Below, piece by piece: positions 21,780 through 24,000 of a stretch of DNA of 24,000 nt. Origin of the DNA: Kitasatospora cinereorecta (GTDB lineage: Bacteria; Actinomycetota; Actinomycetes; Streptomycetales; Streptomycetaceae). The stretch lies in assembly GCF_042656125.1 (NCBI RefSeq), contig NZ_JBHSOC010000006.1; one strand, written 5' to 3'. The position numbers and the translations under genes were made by a program. Below the pieces are notes generated by a model. The model searched no databases, was not told where the DNA came from, and worked only from the letters and a program-made list of their open reading frames with translations. How positions within the stretch are numbered: position 1 is the first letter of the stretch; every line of letters begins with the position of its first letter.

Positions 21780-22370
21780 ATGAGGCTGTTCGTGGCGGTC
21801 AACCCGCCGGTCGAGGCGTTGCAGGAGCTGTCCGACGCCGCAGCGCCGTTGCACGGCCTGTCCGGCGCGGACCGGCTGCGCTGGAGCGACCCGGACGGGT
21901 GGCACCTGACGCTCGCGTTCCTCGGCGAGGTCCCGGCCGCCGACGTACCGGCGCTGGAGGAGCGGCTGGGCCGGGTCGCCGGCGAGCACGGGGTGCACCG
22001 GCTGCGCCTGGCCGGCGCGGGCTGTTTCGGCGACCGGGTGCTGTGGGTCGGGTTCGACGGCGAGACGTGGGCGCTGCGGCGGCTGGCGGAGGGGGTGCGG
22101 ACGGTGGTCGAGGAGGCGGGGATCGAGTCCGACCAGCATGGGTTCCACCCGCATCTGACGCTGGCCAGGGCGGGCTCCACGCACGGGCAGCGGAGGGCGA
22201 CGCGACGGCTGGCGGCGGGGGAGCTGCAGCTGATGGCGGCCGCGCTGGAGGGGTGGCGGGGAAGCGAGTGGGAGGCGTCCGAGCTGCACCTGATGCGCAG
22301 CGAGCTGGGGTACGGGCCGGCCCGCTACACCTCGGTCCGTGCCTGGCCGCTGGCCAGGTGGGAGGCGTAG
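21780..22370 (+). CDS. thpR: RNA 2',3'-cyclic phosphodiesterase (2H phosphoesterase superfamily, ThpR/LigT)
   Basis: MRLFVAV start. It has the two H-x-T-x motifs of the 2H fold, WHLTLAFLG and HPHLTLAR, at the expected spacing (~90 aa). Confidence 0.85.
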   Translation: MRLFVAVNPPVEALQELSDAAAPLHGLSGADRLRWSDPDGWHLTLAFLGEVPAADVPALEERLGRVAGEHGVHRLRLAGAGCFGDRVLWVGFDGETWALRRLAEGVRTVVEEAGIESDQHGFHPHLTLARAGSTHGQRRATRRLAAGELQLMAAALEGWRGSEWEASELHLMRSELGYGPARYTSVRAWPLARWEA

Positions 22371-22407
22371 CGGACTGCGGCCGTACCCCGGCTCGGCTCG
22401 GCCCGGC

Positions 22408-24000
22408 TCAGCCCAGGTCGGGGCCGGCGCGCAGCTCGACCGCGGCCGGGGCGGCATCGCCGAGTTCCAGGAGCGTGATCTCGTTGGCGCCCGTGCGCAG
22501 CAGCGGCTGGGGGCAGTAGAGGGTGATCTGCGGGCCCCGGGCGTCGTAGCGGCCGAGCAGGAAGCCGTTGACCCAGAGGTAGCCGTGGTGCCCGCCGGGG
22601 ACGGCGAGGAAGGCGTCGCCGGTCTCGGCCAGCCGCAGCTCGCCGCGGGCGAGCGTCTCCGGGCCGGGGCCGCCGGGGCGGTACTCGGTGACGGGGAGCG
22701 GGTCGAGGCGGCCGACCTCGGCGCGGCAGCCGTGCAGGTACTGGCGCTCGTGCCGGATGCCGCCGGTGACGCCCTTGGTCTCGCCGACCTGCGGGCCGTA
22801 GTTCACCCGGCCCAGCGACTCCACCAGCAGCCGCACCTCGGTGCCGCCGGAGGCGGTGACCGGCTCGTGCGGGACACCGCGTTCGAGTTCGGCGGTCCGC
22901 TTGCCGTCCAGCCACAGGGTGGCCCGGTCGCGCAGGCCCTCGACGGCGAGCGGGTGCTCGCCGCTGAGGTCGGGCACCCGCACGGTGTAGCGGACCAGGC
23001 CGTGCTCCAGCCCGAGTTCCTCGAAGGTGGGCGGCACCGGGGAGGTGACCGCCGGCTCGAACGGGAACGGCGCGAAGGCGGTCAGCTCGACCGTGGCGGC
23101 GGGCAGCACCGGCGCGGGCTCGGGGAGTTCGGGGGTCCGACCGTCGGCGTAGCGGGCCTCCTCCGGGTGCGCCGCGGCGAACTCCGCGATCACCTGCCGG
23201 AACGGCTCGTACTTGGCGGCGGGCGCGCCGCGCTCGTCCAGCGGGGCGTCGTAGTCGTAGGAGGTGGTCACCGGCTGGTACGGCGAGTGCGTCCAGTCGG
23301 TGGAGTTGAACGGCGGGTCGGCGTGGTTGGCGCCGGCGGTGGTGCCGAAGTTGGTGCCGCCGTGCGCCATGTAGATGTTGAACGAGCCGCCGGCGGCGAG
23401 GATCCGGCGCAGCGTGTCGGCGGCGTCCCCGGCGTCCCGGCCGTGGTGCGGCTTGCCCCAGTGGTCGAACCAGCCGTTCCAGTACTCCATGCAGAACGGC
23501 GGGTCGTCCGGACGGTGGCGCCGCAGCAGGGCGAACGCCTCCTCCGGGTCGGAGCCGAAGTTCACCGTGGCGAGCACCCCGGGCACGGTGCCGGCCGCCA
23601 GCATGTGGTCCTCGGGGCCGTCCGAGGTGAACAGCGGTACGGTGACGCCCCGCTCCCGCAGGCCCCGGGCGAGGTGCGCCAGGTACTCGGCGTCGCCGCC
23701 GAACGAGCCGTACTCGTTCTCCACCTGGACCATCAGCACGCTGCCGCCCGGACGGCCGAGCTGGCGCTCGACCACCTGGGGAAGCAGCGCGTCGAAGAAG
23801 GCGTCCACCGCGGCCAGGTACTCGGGGTCGGCGGTGCGCGCCCGGCGGCCCACCCGGGCGGTCAGCCAGCCGGGCAGCCCGCCGTTGTCCCACTCGGCGC
23901 AGATGTACGGGCCCGGGCGGACGATCGTCCACAGGCCCTGCCGGTGGGCCTCGTCGAGGAAGTCGCCGAGCTCGCCGAGCCGCTCGTACCGGCCGGGACC
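22408..24000 (-). CDS. Glycoside hydrolase family 35 beta-galactosidase, partial (N-terminus beyond the right window edge)
   Basis: Track ORF 22408..23853 continues open in frame to 24000. The upstream translation GPGRYERLGELGDFLDEAHRQGLWTIVRPGPYICAEWDNGGLPGWL is the GH35 signature, and MVQVENEYGSFG contains the acid/base Glu. Confidence 0.9.
   Translation of the reverse strand, partial: GPGRYERLGELGDFLDEAHRQGLWTIVRPGPYICAEWDNGGLPGWLTARVGRRARTADPEYLAAVDAFFDALLPQVVERQLGRPGGSVLMVQVENEYGSFGGDAEYLAHLARGLRERGVTVPLFTSDGPEDHMLAAGTVPGVLATVNFGSDPEEAFALLRRHRPDDPPFCMEYWNGWFDHWGKPHHGRDAGDAADTLRRILAAGGSFNIYMAHGGTNFGTTAGANHADPPFNSTDWTHSPYQPVTTSYDYDAPLDERGAPAAKYEPFRQVIAEFAAAHPEEARYADGRTPELPEPAPVLPAATVELTAFAPFPFEPAVTSPVPPTFEELGLEHGLVRYTVRVPDLSGEHPLAVEGLRDRATLWLDGKRTAELERGVPHEPVTASGGTEVRLLVESLGRVNYGPQVGETKGVTGGIRHERQYLHGCRAEVGRLDPLPVTEYRPGGPGPETLARGELRLAETGDAFLAVPGGHHGYLWVNGFLLGRYDARGPQITLYCPQPLLRTGANEITLLELGDAAPAAVELRAGPDLG

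Noticed and set aside
19949-22180. 743-aa minus-strand ORF spanning the MFS gene, the repeat cluster and thpR
   Set aside because: It runs straight through an intergenic repeat element and two well-supported + strand genes. The sequence is low complexity (Gly/Asp/Glu/Arg/Ala) with no motifs.
22325-23932. 535-aa minus-strand ORF overlapping the GH35 gene
   Set aside because: It is out of frame with the clearly recognisable GH35 beta-galactosidase, and its composition is Arg/Pro/Gly-rich.
1-24000. Prophage, transposon or integrative element carrying the toxin island
   Set aside because: No integrase, transposase, recombinase, tRNA attachment site or long terminal repeats could be recognised anywhere in the window. 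Mobility of the island therefore cannot be claimed from this sequence.

Overview
High-GC (about 70-75% by eye) actinobacterial chromosome segment, Streptomyces/Kitasatospora-like in codon usage. I call 24 protein-coding genes. I recognised no rRNA, tRNA, CRISPR array, transposase or integrase. Positions 1-12.2 kb are ordinary transport and accessory metabolism with local regulators: a partial P-type ATPase, a DUF2530-like membrane protein, an NCS2 nucleobase permease, an HxlR regulator divergent from an epoxide-hydrolase-like hydrolase plus MFS pump, a VOC protein, an ACAD-fold flavin monooxygenase divergent from an SRPBCC protein, and a DUF2218::O-methyltransferase fusion divergent from an ArsR-type regulator plus a small membrane protein. 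The interesting part is 12.3-19.4 kb. It holds a divergent SLOG-like / DUF1707-FHA gene pair, an orphan gene, and a five-gene same-strand island (14281-19436). The island encodes: (1) a WXG100-like/T7SS-signal-type helical protein; (2) an ATGA-coupled, Lys-rich protein ending in a zinc-deaminase domain (HSE...PCx5C); (3) a SUKH-4-like immunity candidate; (4) a SUKH-4-like::deaminase fusion whose deaminase is a visible paralog of the toxin domain; (5) a P-loop NTPase with WD40 repeats. I read genes 1-3 as a polymorphic deaminase toxin cassette. I read genes 4-5 as a candidate, experimentally uncharacterised sensor-effector module (STAND-like NTPase plus a deaminase tethered to its own inhibitor-like domain). 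The right end carries MarR plus an MFS transporter, a palindromic dispersed-type repeat cluster, ThpR and a partial GH35 beta-galactosidase. Many long ORFs in the track are antisense or out-of-frame shadows typical of high-GC DNA. All family assignments come from motif recognition by eye; no database search was possible.
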